The position numbers were made by a program, and so were the translations under genes. Shown one piece after another: positions 35,901 through 48,009 of a DNA stretch of 64,000 nucleotides; positions within the stretch are counted from its first letter, which is position 1, and every line of letters begins with the position of its first letter. The stretch is taken from positions 72,785 to 136,784 of the forward strand of contig MCFE01000192.1 of the NCBI GenBank assembly GCA_002104905.1, read 5' to 3'. The DNA is from Basidiobolus meristosporus CBS 931.73. Lineage: Eukaryota; Fungi; Basidiobolomycota. A model generated the notes under the pieces. That model searched no databases and had not been told where the DNA came from. It saw only the letters and a list, made by a program, of their open reading frames with translations.

Positions 35901-37444
35901 TGAACCAGCCTGATGAATTTGTTGACTAAGATGACCTCCATTTGGTCTGCAAGCTTAAAATGTCACTATATGGTCATAAGCAATCACCAAGAGCCTGGAA
36001 TTGCAAGATAGACTCTGATTTGGAATCTTTGAGTTTCAAAGGGAGTTATGTTGACTATAGTGTATACTTTAAGGCAGATAGAGCAAGTCCAGTTCTATTA
36101 GCCCTATATGTTGATGATCTTGTTATAGCCGCCAATAACCTAGAAACATTGGAAGAGACTAAATCCAGCCTATCTAAGGAGTTCAAGATGTCTGTTCTAG
36201 GAGAACTCAGTTACTACTTAGGGATAAAGTTCCCCATAGACAGAAGTACCCAGACTACTGCTCTAAGCCAATCCAAGTCTATTCAAGATATACCAAAGAA
36301 GTACAAAATGGAAGACTGTACACCGGCAGCTACCCCAATGGAGACAAACCTCCACTTGATCAAAACTTAATAAAATCAAGAGAACCTGGTGCCATCTGAA
36401 AGCCCCAACTTTCCTCATCAATCTATGGCCGGCAGTCTGATGTATATCATGCTTGCAACATGCCCAGGTATCTCATATTCAGTGGGAGTTGTCAGCCAGC
36501 ATAATCAGAACTATGGATCTGATCATATTGCAGCAGTTGAGCGGATTTTTAGATACCTGAAAGGAACTGCTGATATCTACCTGAGATACACTTATAAGAA
36601 CTCAGAACAGGATCTTGTGGGATACTCTTATGCTAATTGGGCACAAAATTTGGAAGTCAGAAGATTCACCACAGGATACACCTTTCTTGACTGTAAAGGA
36701 GCAATATCATGGAAATCAAGAAAGCAACCCACCGTAGCACTTTCTACCACAGAGGCAGAGTATATGGCAGCCTGTGAAGCTACATAAGAAGCAATGTGGT
36801 AAGAACACTGCTTACAGACTTGGGCATATGTCAAAAAATGCCTATTACTTTATTTCATGATAATCAAGGATGTACACAATTAGGTAGAAATCCAACTTTC
36901 ATGCTAGAACAAAGCACATAGATATTAGACATCATTTCATATGCAAACCTATAGAGAATAACTTAATTAGCTTAGTCTACTGTCCTACAGATGAGCTGGT
37001 TGCAGACATATTTACCATACCATTATCTAGATAAAAGTTTGAATATCTTGGGTCAAAATTAGGACTAGTGAGCATGATCATTTGGCTGAGTGGGAGTGTT
37101 GTAAAAATTTGTATTTCCACCTAAAAATTCACCTAACTTAGTCACTTAGATCATTACCCTCAAATCCTAGCAAATACCAACCCAACTCCTTGTTGGGATT
37201 TACTTGGAATATTTTTACCAAAATACCAGGTACCCAGAACATGAAAATTCTCAAAGTTGTCCAAACAGCCCCAAACTTTGCACACATGTTCTTGGGACCT
37301 TCCGTAACCTATTCTACAAGTTTGTAGTGCCAAGACCATGTAAAAGTATACATACTACTTTACATTCAATATATCATTAAGTGATATCCACATAATCTAC
37401 TTGTCCTCACAATCACTTCCAATATCTCCAAGACTTTTACAACA
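32916..37444 (+). mobile_element. Ty1/Copia family 1, full length (4.5 kb), pseudogenised
   Basis: LTRs 32916-33264 and 37097-37444 (TG..CA), PBS GGTTATGAGCC, PPT GGCTGAGTGGGAG and TSD GATCT. Domain order is gag, protease, GAG-pre-integrase, integrase, RT (LYVDDL), RNase H (SRKQPTVALSTTEAEY). Confidence 0.95.
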
Positions 37445-37744
37445 GATCTAACTACCAAATGAGGAAGGAAAAGATGAAGAGGCTGCTACAGGGATTAGAT
37501 CTTAGAAATATTGCTATGGAAGAAGAATGCCGCTCTAAAAATGTGGGAGAAATAGCCTTCAAGTACCAGAGGAAAGATCAAAGTGCATATAACTGCATTT
37601 GCCTTACTGTTAAGACAAAGTGTAAGCTCAATGTTCTAGAGCAAACAAGGGTATGAATACCTGGAAGGCACAAGAGGACACCTACCAGTCAAGTTCAACT
37701 GCTAGTATGTGATATATAAATATCATATATTACAAAGAAGCTGT

Positions 37745-38800
37745 TGTGGTGGTGTATAAGTCCAAGTGTGTTGTACATCCAACACTGCTCAATTTTTTGC
37801 ATGTGGGTTATTCACTGGGTGTAATAGCCTCTGGCAAAAGCTTGCTAGGAATACCTGAGTTCTGTCTCTACTCTAATGTGATGGGGACTGAAGCCACAGG
37901 CATGTCAAGGGAAAAATATTGAGCAACGATCACCAATTTAATTGGCATCTTAACAAATGTACATGCTGAGCTCAGCATCCTTCAAGTTGACAACATACTA
38001 AAGCTTCCAAAGTCAAGACAACTGTAAGCTTCACCAGCAGGGACATGAAAAGAATGCAGCTATGGTCTATAGTTACAAAGACAGAAAGTATATTTGCCTG
38101 TGCAAGAGCAAACTAGGGGAAGAATAATATATAATAAAGATATCTACTCTAAGTATTCCTCACAAGTAGTGCCTCCAAGGTCAGTTGGCAGTCAGCATGG
38201 TTTCCTAGGATTGTCCTGTGGTCTGGGGTGGGATGTCCAGGTAGCAGGGATCACACTAATTAACAAGTCAGTATATTGACAAAAGGGATGATGATTTATT
38301 GCTGAGGGATTGCTCCACCATATACTTTTCTCACTGGCTTAGTAATTACTAATCACAGTGTTCCAGAAGGTTCTGGATATCAATAGAACTCCAAAAAACA
38401 TTGGAATTAGCTAAAAGTGTTTTAAGTAGATGTCATAAGGTTTTAAGAGGCATGGCACACTCAACCAATCAGGGGTCAGTACTCTAAAACTTCTGTAACA
38501 TAGGGATACTGTACATGGAGTGAAAATGGTAGTGATGGTGACAGGACTTGATCTTGTGTTACAGGTCCTGGCATGAGTACTTGACCAGTGTGGAAGCACT
38601 TATACCTAGTAGTCATACATATAGTGAGGGATAGCAAATGCAATAAATCAGCAGGTCTCATAGCTAACAGGCTTATGTAATAGTACTGATCAGTTAAGAC
38701 ATATGAGATAAAATCCAAACTAGGGTAGTTGAGATTCAGGGAAGTAATAAATATGAGGATGGGCACATCTGTCAGTGGGTGTCATTATGACCCCACTACT
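37745..38800 (-). mobile_element. Solo LTR of an orphan family (about 1.06 kb), inverted relative to 58237-59305
   Basis: Reverse-complement homolog of 58237-59305 over its full length. There is no TSD here, and adjacent host gag sequence appears deleted. Confidence 0.75.
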
Positions 38801-38817
38801 CCATCAGTGGAAGATAT

Positions 38818-41800
38818 TGTTGCAATATAAGAAGCAGCTTGGATATAAGGAACTTATCAAGATATAGTAATAATAGTTGAACTGTTGTTTATTCATAAAG
38901 TGGATCAGTATTTAAACCTTTGTAGAAGTAATACAGCTGTAACACTAAGAAAGGGGGGTTTCTTAACATTCAGGAGCATTCTGTAACAGTTTCAGGGTTA
39001 GTACATAATGTTTGGTAAAAAGTGTTTATTTAATCTTAACTATAGGGGAATAATCATAGGATCATAGATGTGAAGAAACTGGCAAAGTTGGGGCTGCAAT
39101 CAGGTCCTACAGTGACCAAGACTACTCTAGAAATGCTAAGTAAACTCTTAGCCGCTGAATGATACCAAATAGTCTAATATTGCAACACTCCTCCTCAACT
39201 AAATAATTTCTTAATCCTAATTCCTCTCTGAGATTCTCAAATTGTCGTCTAGCTAGTGGTTTTGTCAATATATCTGCCACCATTTTGTCAGTTGGACAGT
39301 AAACTAACTCTATTAGGTTATTTTCTACAGATTCTCTCACAAAGTGGTGTTGTATATCTATGTGATTAGTTCTGGCATGATTAGTAGGATTCCTAGCTAA
39401 TGCAATACAACTTTGATTATCTTTATAAATATATGTTGGCTCATCTGAATTAAAGCCTAAGTCTTTGAATAATTTCCATAGCCATATAGCCTCCTCAGTT
39501 GCTTGGCAAGCAGCCATATATTGAGCTTCAGTTGTAGATAGGGCCACAGTTAGTTGATTCTTGCAAGTAATGGCTTCACCAGCATAAAAAAGTAAATACC
39601 CAGTAGTAGAGCATCTGTCAATCAGATCTCTACTCCAAGCCAAATCACTATAACCATCATATTTCTGCCTATTAGCTGCTCCAGAGTGTTCCAGTACCAT
39701 ATTTATGGTATCTTGTAGATATCTGAAAATCTGCTTAACTGCTGTAATTTGATCTGATAAATAGTTCTGCATGAATTGACTGACTATTCCAACAGCCACT
39801 GCAGTATCACAACATGTAGACACCATCAAGTACATGAGGCTACCAACCATTGATTGATAGGGAAAGTTTTGGTTCATATTTGAGCCATTCTTACCTAAAC
39901 TGGCTGAGACTTGCTCAATTTTAGATTTTTGTCCGCGGGGGTAACTACAGGCTGGCAATTTTCCATTTTGAAGCGTCTAAGAATGTACCTGATGTACTTG
40001 AAATGATTCAGCACAATTTTCTGCATAGGTATGTCAAAATTCACTCCAATTCCAAGAAAAGAGCTTAATTTTCTAGGTTTTTTCATCTCAAACTTGCTAA
40101 AGAGATCTGATTTTGTCAGTTTAAATGCCTCCTGATCACTTGTAGCCTTTTTTAGGTTGTCCACATACAGAACTAGGATGATTGTACCCTTTTTGAGCTG
40201 TTTCACAGATTTACTGTGATATGCAGTGCTACATGCAAATCCAATCTCCTCTAGATATGTGTCAATTTTGTTATGCCATGCTCTAGGTGCCTGCTTAAGC
40301 CCATACAACCATTTCCTGAGTCTATACACCTTATGGGGCCTTTATGATTGGTAAAACCTTCTGGTTGCTCCATGTATAAAGTTTCTTGCCAATCCCCGCT
40401 TAGAATGGCTGTCCTGACATCCATTTGGTATAGATCCAGACTGTGTACAGCTGCCAGGGCTAGAACTGTCCTAATGGAGTTAAACTAGCAACCAGAGCAA
40501 GTGTTTCCTCAAAGTCTATTGCCTGGATCTGGGAATAGCCTTTAGCCACCAATCTTGCCTTGCACTTGTCAATGGTACCATTTGAGGTTATCTTGATCTT
40601 GTAGACCCATCCACAACCTAATGGCTTTCTCACATCTGGTAAATTAACCAGTTCCCAAATTTTTGCTTTGATCAGCAATTGGCACTCCTCCTGCATGACC
40701 TGTTACCACATAGTAGCATCTGGACTCTGCATTGCCTGTTCCAGATTCTGGGGTTTGGCACATAAGGCAAGATAAGCTTCTTTATGATCATTGGATGTCT
40801 GCCAACAGGATCCACAGGCATTTCATATTCTGGTAGATCTCCTAACTGTGATACTCTGCTCTGATTTGGGACTAGTAGAAATATCTTCTGTATCTGGCTG
40901 AATTTGGTACGTATTTTCTTCATAAGTGTTGATTGCATCATCAGGCAGCCGGCCAATTATTTTGGTGGCTTTCTGATCTGAATTTTCCTCAAATACAATT
41001 TCACAGCTCTTGATCAGCTTCTGAATCTTGCCATCATTCATGCTATAACCTTTAGTATCATCACAATACCCAAGAAAGCTTCTTTTCTACACTTTGGTTC
41101 CAGCTTTGAGTGTTTTTTGTCAGGGATGTAATAGAAGACCTCACTGTCAAAGATTCTGAGGTGCTGGAGGTCAGGTTTCCTGCTTGTATATGTATCAAAG
41201 AGTGTACAATCCTGTAGGGCTGTTGTTAGGCATGTATTCCTGATTTATACTGTGTTAGCAACAGATTTAGCACAGAAGTTGTAGCTCATTCCTTTATCAT
41301 GTAGCTTAGATCTTCCCATCTCTACTATTGTTCTATTTGCATGTTCTGCTACTACATTTTGCAGTGGAATATGTGGAACAGTGGTCTGCCAAATTATACC
41401 AGTAGATGTGTAGTATTTTGCAAACTCCCTTGAGCAGCATTCCCCCCAATGTCACTTTGAAGTATATTCAGTTTACACCCAGTTTGTGCTTCTGCCATGT
41501 TCTTGAAGTATTTAAACATCTCTAAAGCCCCATCCTTTGTTTTGAGGAAGTATACACATGTATATCTTGTCTTGTTATCAATAAATGTCATAAACATTGC
41601 CTAGCTTGTTTGCCATATGAACATCCCATACAGACACTCAATTTAATTGTAATTAAGTACTTTAGGCCTGAAACAAGCTTGTTTTTCATCAATTGGCTCA
41701 TTTTCTGCTCCCCAATGTGTCTTAGCCTCCTATGCCATGTCTCCCAGTTTGTTTCATCAGTTTCAGTAAAGGTGGCATACCCAGGTACAATGATCTTGCA

Positions 41801-43102
41801 TTGCAAATTGTGTATATATTGTGATCACTCATTCCCAAAGCTAATTTTTGTCCATTTTCACTCAATATCAAGCCGCTCAGCTTATTAAAAGTATATTTCA
41901 GTTCCTGAGCAGTTGCTTTACTGACTGAGAGTTCTTAGCTATTCCAGGGATGCAGAGTACTTCAGTCAGTTTTGCTGCTGTAGCCCCTGATATGTCACTC
42001 ATATTTAGCTGTATAGACCCACTGGGGGTAGCTTTCAATGCAGGATTGTCTCCCAGATAAACCTTCCTTATGGGAGTAGTCTTCAAGTTGCTGAAACACT
42101 CCATTATACCACAAATAAGCTGTGATGCTCAAGAGTCAAGATACCATTCATTACTTTGATCACTTGCACTCTCTTGTACAGTTACAAATAACTGTTCATT
42201 AGTAGTAATATTATTTGCCTGCTCCAATTTCTTTTTTTTTGTCTGCTTGTTTCTTGTTGCATTCTCTTGCCCAGTGTCCTGGCTTCTTGGAGCAGTTACA
42301 GCAACCAGGCTTTAGTATGTCTTCATCTGGCTTCTTCCTCATGTTGAAGAATTTTTGTTTCAGATAAAGCTTGTTTGATAATGATTTTGCTCTAAAGATC
42401 TTCCCTAAGGATTCCAATGCTGCTTTGGCAATACTTGAAGCATGGATTCCTTCAATAAAGGAATCTTGCACATTGACACATATAGGATTAAAGGCCTTTC
42501 CCTCCTTCTCTTGAAACTTCTACACTTCTTCTGCTGTTCCCTTGGGCTCAACATCTTTTCCTGTTACTATATTCCAAAGCATTCTTTCCTCATGGTGGAT
42601 CAGCATTTTGAATCTTCAAAGTCAATAGTTCTTCCCATCAAATCTCTCTTCTACTGGAAAGATGTTTGTATTGTTTTGTTAGCTGGTAGAAGACATCATT
42701 AGGATGGGTTAAGGCAATTAGGGCTCATAACTTGTTGCCATCTAAGAAGTGATTTGGATATAAGGAACTTATTAAGATATAGTGATAATAGTTGAACTGT
42801 TGTTTATTCATAAAGTGGATAAGTATTTTTACCTTTGTAGAAGTAATACAGCTGTAACACTAAGAAAGGGGAGTTTCTTAACATTCAGGAGCATTCTGTA
42901 ACAGTTTCAGGGCTAGTACATAATGTTTGCTAAAAAGTGTTTATTTAATCTTAACTATAGGGGAATAATCATAGGATCATAGATGTGAAGAAACTGGCAA
43001 AGTTGGGGCTGCAAACAACTCCTACAGTGACCAAGACTACTCTAGAATTGTCAATTAAGTTTTTAGCTGCTGAATGATACCAAATAGTACAGTATTTCAA
43101 CA
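38818..43102 (-). mobile_element. Ty1/Copia family 2, full length (4.3 kb), pseudogenised
   Basis: 370-bp LTRs at 42733-43102 (5') and 38818-39187 (3'), PBS AGTTATGAGCCC, PPT AGTTGAGGAGGAG and TSD GATAT. It has a CCHC knuckle (CSKKPGHWAREC), RT (LYVDNL) and RNase H (ORF 39122-39958). Confidence 0.95.
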
Positions 43103-43564
43103 GATATAATATCTGATAAACAGATTTATATTTATTGTTAAACTTAATGTGCTAGCTACCTTTCAGGACAGTCTGATAGACACATTGCAGGGTCTTGCAT
43201 CAGCACCAGATCCAGAACTGAAGAACTGACCCTAAATTATGTTTATGTAGTGCTTCTGGTTGAGTAATAAAAAATCAGTGCCAGTACAAAGAAAGATGAA
43301 ATTTCTTTTATGAGCAATCACCACCAACAAAGGAGGCACCAACAGCCCATTGAAGGCAAAAGCAACCTGTTTTGCCATTGAAGCAAAAGGAATGGTCAAA
43401 CGTTAGCTCAAGGCTTAAGAAAGACAGATAATCTGCAAAAAAGCCTGAATAAATGTATGCTGCAAAAACTAATGATGGACTTGTCATATATGCACTGAAC
43501 ATGACCTCAAATAATGATTCTCAGCTATGATGTATTGACTGTGGATCATTTCAACACTTTATAC

Positions 43565-44480
43565 TGTTATAAGTCTTGGTATAAGAGTTGTAGAGGAATA
43601 GGGAGTTTAGCTAGTATTGTATTCACTAAAACTAGAACTAATTTTTATTGAGGTTCCAGCAGCTCCTTATATACATTTTGTCAGATCAATTGCTGACTAA
43701 TTGTATTTCCTAATGTAGGTTGTGGCTGATGACTCATTTGATTGCATCATCATCACCCAATAAGATCCTACTTAATATAACTATTTCTGTCTGATAAGGA
43801 TCTGCTGATTCATTTGCTGACTAATGCTACTGATTTCATAGACAATACTGATATTCTGATAACCTAAACATATACTAATTGATTTGACTAAAAACTGATC
43901 TAACTTAAACATTCAAGCAGCAGATCATAACATTCTCCCCTACTAAAGATGAGAGGGTTCTCCAGAATCTCTTTTCTTGTGATACCAATATCTTGATGGT
44001 TCAGTATTATCAGCAAGTCTTGCAAGCTTGAGTCTGTCCCTATGCACTAAGTCTTCCCGGATATTGCCTTGTTTGTCCACCAGTTGGTAAGTTGCAAACA
44101 GACATTCTCTGATGATCTTGAATGGTCCTATCCATTGTGGCTCAAACTTCTTCCAAGTGCTGTTTCTTAGCAATACAAAGTTCCCAACTGTCAATGCTTC
44201 TGGTGCTATAGTCTTATCAAATCTCTGCTTCATCTTTTCTGCACTTTGAGATACTTTGGTCTGTGCCTCTTGACGTCTTTGTTCCAGTTGCTGGTGTCTA
44301 CTTGGCAGACTAAGTTCATCTTCTAAGGCATCTGTAAGCATGGGTTGTGTGAGATCTCCTGGAATCCTTGGCTCACATCCATACACCAAGGAAAATGGTG
44401 ATTGCTGGGTGGTGTTATGTACTCTGACTCTGCATGCAAAGAGTGCTTGGTCTATATACTCATCCCAGAAAATGGACATG
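43565..44480 (-). mobile_element. Ty3/Gypsy 3' end (integrase C-terminus, PPT, 3' LTR 43565-43932)
   Basis: ORF 43943-44479 has a GPF module (QWIGPFKI). The LTR is homologous to 51727-52095. Confidence 0.9.
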
Positions 44481-44559
44481 CTGTAGGATAAATGGGTAGT
44501 GTACTATGGATTGTGCCCAGTCAGCACAGCTATTGTACTGATGGCTCAGGAATCTCCAC

Positions 44560-47480
44560 TGCAGTTAAGAATATGCTCTTTGACATTATAGCTATGTAAT
44601 AGTTTCCTACTGATTAGCATTGAAGACTCATCCATCAGTGGATACTGGTAGATATTCAGGTTAGAGGGTGAATTTGGCCCATGATATCAATGTCAATACC
44701 ATCAGAAACTTGCTCATAGACTGTGAGACTGGTGGCAGATTTAGGTTGATGAAAGTCAGTGGCCAGCAGGTTATGCTGGTAGAGTACTTATTGAATGCAA
44801 TTTGATCAAGTGCCAAGACAAAGGCAGATCACTTATATTTTTAAACCAGCCTTTGCCTCTTAGTTGCTTGTAATACTTCCCATTAGTTATATTGGAGATA
44901 TCTATACTTGACTGATATTGAGCACCATACACTGCTGCTTCACAACATCTTACAAACTGCTTGTGCTTTTTTAGCCAGGTGTAACTAGAATATACCTGGT
45001 GTCAGTAGTGTCATGTATGACAACTTCAATGGTGAAATTTTCTGATGTGAATGCTGCTTGACTGTGAATACATGGTGGTACCCGCAAAATCTATAGGCCA
45101 TGAAAATAGTAAGTTGCAACTTAGTGCTACAAGTCTTGGTACAAGAGTTGCACAGGAATAGGGGGTATAGCTAGTATCTGAATTCACTAAAGCCTGAACT
45201 GACTTTTATTGATGCTCCAGCAGCTTCTTATAAACATTTTGCCAGATCAATTGCTGCCTAATTGTATTTCCTGATATAGGTGAGAAGGTTCTCCTGAATC
45301 TCTTTGCTTGTGATACCAGTATATTGATGGTTTAGTATTATCAGCAAGTCTTGCAAACTTGAGTCTGTCTCTATGAACTAAATCTTCCCAGATATTCCTT
45401 ATTTTGTCCACTAATTGGTAAGTTTCAAATGCACATTCTTGAATGATTTTTAAAGTTTCTGTGCATTATGGCTCAAACTTCCTCCAAGTATTGTTTCTCA
45501 ACAATACAAAGTTCCCAGCGGTCAATGATTCTGGTGATATAGTTTTATCAAATATCTGCTTCATCTTTTCTGCACATTGATACACTTTGGCCTGTGCCTC
45601 TTAATATCTTTGTTCCAGCTGCTGGTATCTACTTGGCTGACTGAGCTCATCTTCTATGGCATATATAAGCTTTGGTTGTGTGAGATCTCCTGGAATCCTA
45701 GGTTCATATGCATACAGTGACTAAAATGGTGATTGTTGGATGGTGTTATGTACTCTGATTCTGCATACAAAAAGTGCTTGGTCTATACACTGATCCCATC
45801 TACTGACAGCTCTATTTGCATACTTGGTCAGCATTTTTCTAAATGATTTATTAAACCACTCAGTGACTCCATTAGTTCTAGGGTGATATGCCAAGGTTTT
45901 TGAGTGTATGATGTGCTGCATTTCCAGGTAAGCTTCCAATGGTTTTCCCATAAAGTTTGCTCCTCTATTGGATAGAATCTCTACAGGGCCTCCAAACTTC
46001 ATAGTAATCTCATGGTATATAATGCTTGCAACTTCTTCTTCACTGGTTACAGATACTGCATTGGCCACTGGCTAATTAGTGGCAAGATCAATTGCTACTA
46101 GGATCCAATAGTTGCATTTCCTGGTAGTTGGCAGTCTTCCAATAAAGTCAATTCCCCATTTTTCAGATGGTCTTACAGGCTCCAAGGGAAAGAGTTCAGC
46201 AATTCTCTATGGTTGGCATTGATTGATTTAGCAATTTGGGCATGTTTTCACTATCTTCTTGAGGTCTTATGACATGCGTTGCATTTTAATGGTCTTAAGG
46301 TGATCCACAGACACATGCCAATTTATTCTCTTACCAATAATTAGAGTGGGAATTTGAGGTATTATTTGAACCAAAAGAATCTATGATCTCCTGCTTACAA
46401 GCCTTTGCATATGTGCAAGCTATCTAAAGCTGATATGCTACTATTGCCTTAACATTAGGACTTTTCAGTTTGATAATTGTAAAATTGCCATATACCTTGA
46501 ATTGTTGTTAACACTCATCTTTAAAGCATAAGCTTAGTTGCTGCCACTTTTACCATGAATACCTCTGGGATTTCTGCAAAGAAGCCTTTGGTACTTAACC
46601 AATGTATTTATTCTCCCTGCTGTGTGCTATTCCTCCTTACAGGCATGCTCTGGCTCATGTTTGTGTGAGCTCTACACTGAAAGATGTAAAAACTGGCTTG
46701 TAACCAGCAAACATTTGGCATACATTGGTAAATATGCTTTAATTATGATTAGTTGTTAATTGTGTACAACTCATCCTTGCATAACCTGACTTATTACAAT
46801 GCACTGTGGGTGCTGAGGTATTCAGTGCAAAAGATATATGTGTCTCCATTTGTACTTCTGTAGTCAGTATTTCTTACCACTTCCTGGCTGTTCTTAGTAT
46901 AAAAGCTCCTCACATTCAGAATGGACTTGAAGATTTTATTCTTGATGTGATTGTGATATGGCAGTCCCTCCAACTTGACTTGTTTACTTATTTTCTCCCC
47001 TACCACATAGAAAGCTCCCAAAAGGTGAGGCAATACCTGGTATTATCCACACACTAAGCAAGATGGAGTAGTGATTGGATACAGTGATAGCAGGTATCTA
47101 GGAGCTCAGCTTTATTTGTGTTGTATAGCCGCTTGAATCCCCTTCCTAATTACTTGCAACAAAGCTGCCAGTGTATCAAACTGGTATTTATGATCTACTT
47201 CTTGATTAATATGCCTGCAATGCCTACATATGACACCCAATACTTCCAATGAGCTTTAGGCACATATTGCTTCCAAAGGCCACTCAAGTAAATGTTTATC
47301 CTATTCATCTAGTCCTTGTGTTTTTATTGTTTGCATATGCATATGAATATTAACTGGAGCTCATGAGAGATACTCTGGGTGGTGAATATACAGTACCACT
47401 CTGCTGATTCTCTCAAAGATCTTTGGTATCTCCAAGAGCTGATTTGGCCTAGAATTCCCTGTACACAACTTTGGCATTAG
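44560..47480 (-). mobile_element. Mosaic of CACTA fragments (about 44750-44950 and 46400-47480) and a Gypsy fragment (partial LTR from about 45125, integrase 45280-46260)
   Basis: ORF 45721-46068 is an rve integrase (NRGANFM, YHPRTNG). The flanks are collinear with CACTA copy B. Confidence 0.7.
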
Positions 47481-48002
47481 CCCAGGGATATTGATCTAGG
47501 ATCATCAGAGAATGCTCATTGGAACTTACCAACTAGTGGACAAACAAGGTAACATCAGGGAAGATTTAGTTCATAGAGACAGACTCAAGCCTACAAAACT
47601 TACTGGCAAAACTGAACCATCAAGATGGTAGTATCATGAGAAAAGAGATTCAGGTGAACCCTCTGAACTTTGGTAGGAGAGAATGTTATGATCTACTGAT
47701 TGAATGCTTAGGTTGGATCAGCTTTTTAGTCCAATCAATAATTTTTATGTTCAGCCTATCAATATAGCATTGTTATTTATCAAATCAGTAGTATTGGTTA
47801 GCATATAAGTTAGCAGATTGTTGTTGGACAATAAGAGGTATATTAAGCAGGATCTAATTTGGTGAAGATGATGCAATCAAATGAATCAGCAGCCACTACC
47901 TACATTAGGAAATAGAACCAGTGCGCAATTGATCTGGCAAAATATATATTAGGAGTTGCTGGAACCTTGTTGAAAATCAGTTCAAGTTATAGTGAATGCA
48001 AT
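47480..48002 (+). mobile_element. Ty3/Gypsy 3' end with diverged LTR starting at 47684
   Basis: Collinear with 55830-56335; the PPT TTTGGTAGGAGAGAA precedes TGTTATG. Confidence 0.8.
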
Positions 48003-48009
48003 AGTAAAT

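Larger units (their letters stand above)
32505..43560 (+). mobile_element. Old Copia family 1 copy, in pieces: 5' LTR 32505-32829, leader to 32915, gag 37445-37710 and about 43150-43560; hosts three insertions
   Basis: Each piece is collinear with the younger copy's LTR, leader and gag (32916-34110). It has a degenerate PBS, GAGTATGGACCC. Confidence 0.75.

Noticed and set aside
39122-39958. 278-aa ORF as a possible host gene
   Set aside because: It is the RT C-terminus and RNase H of Copia family 2 and lies between its LTRs.
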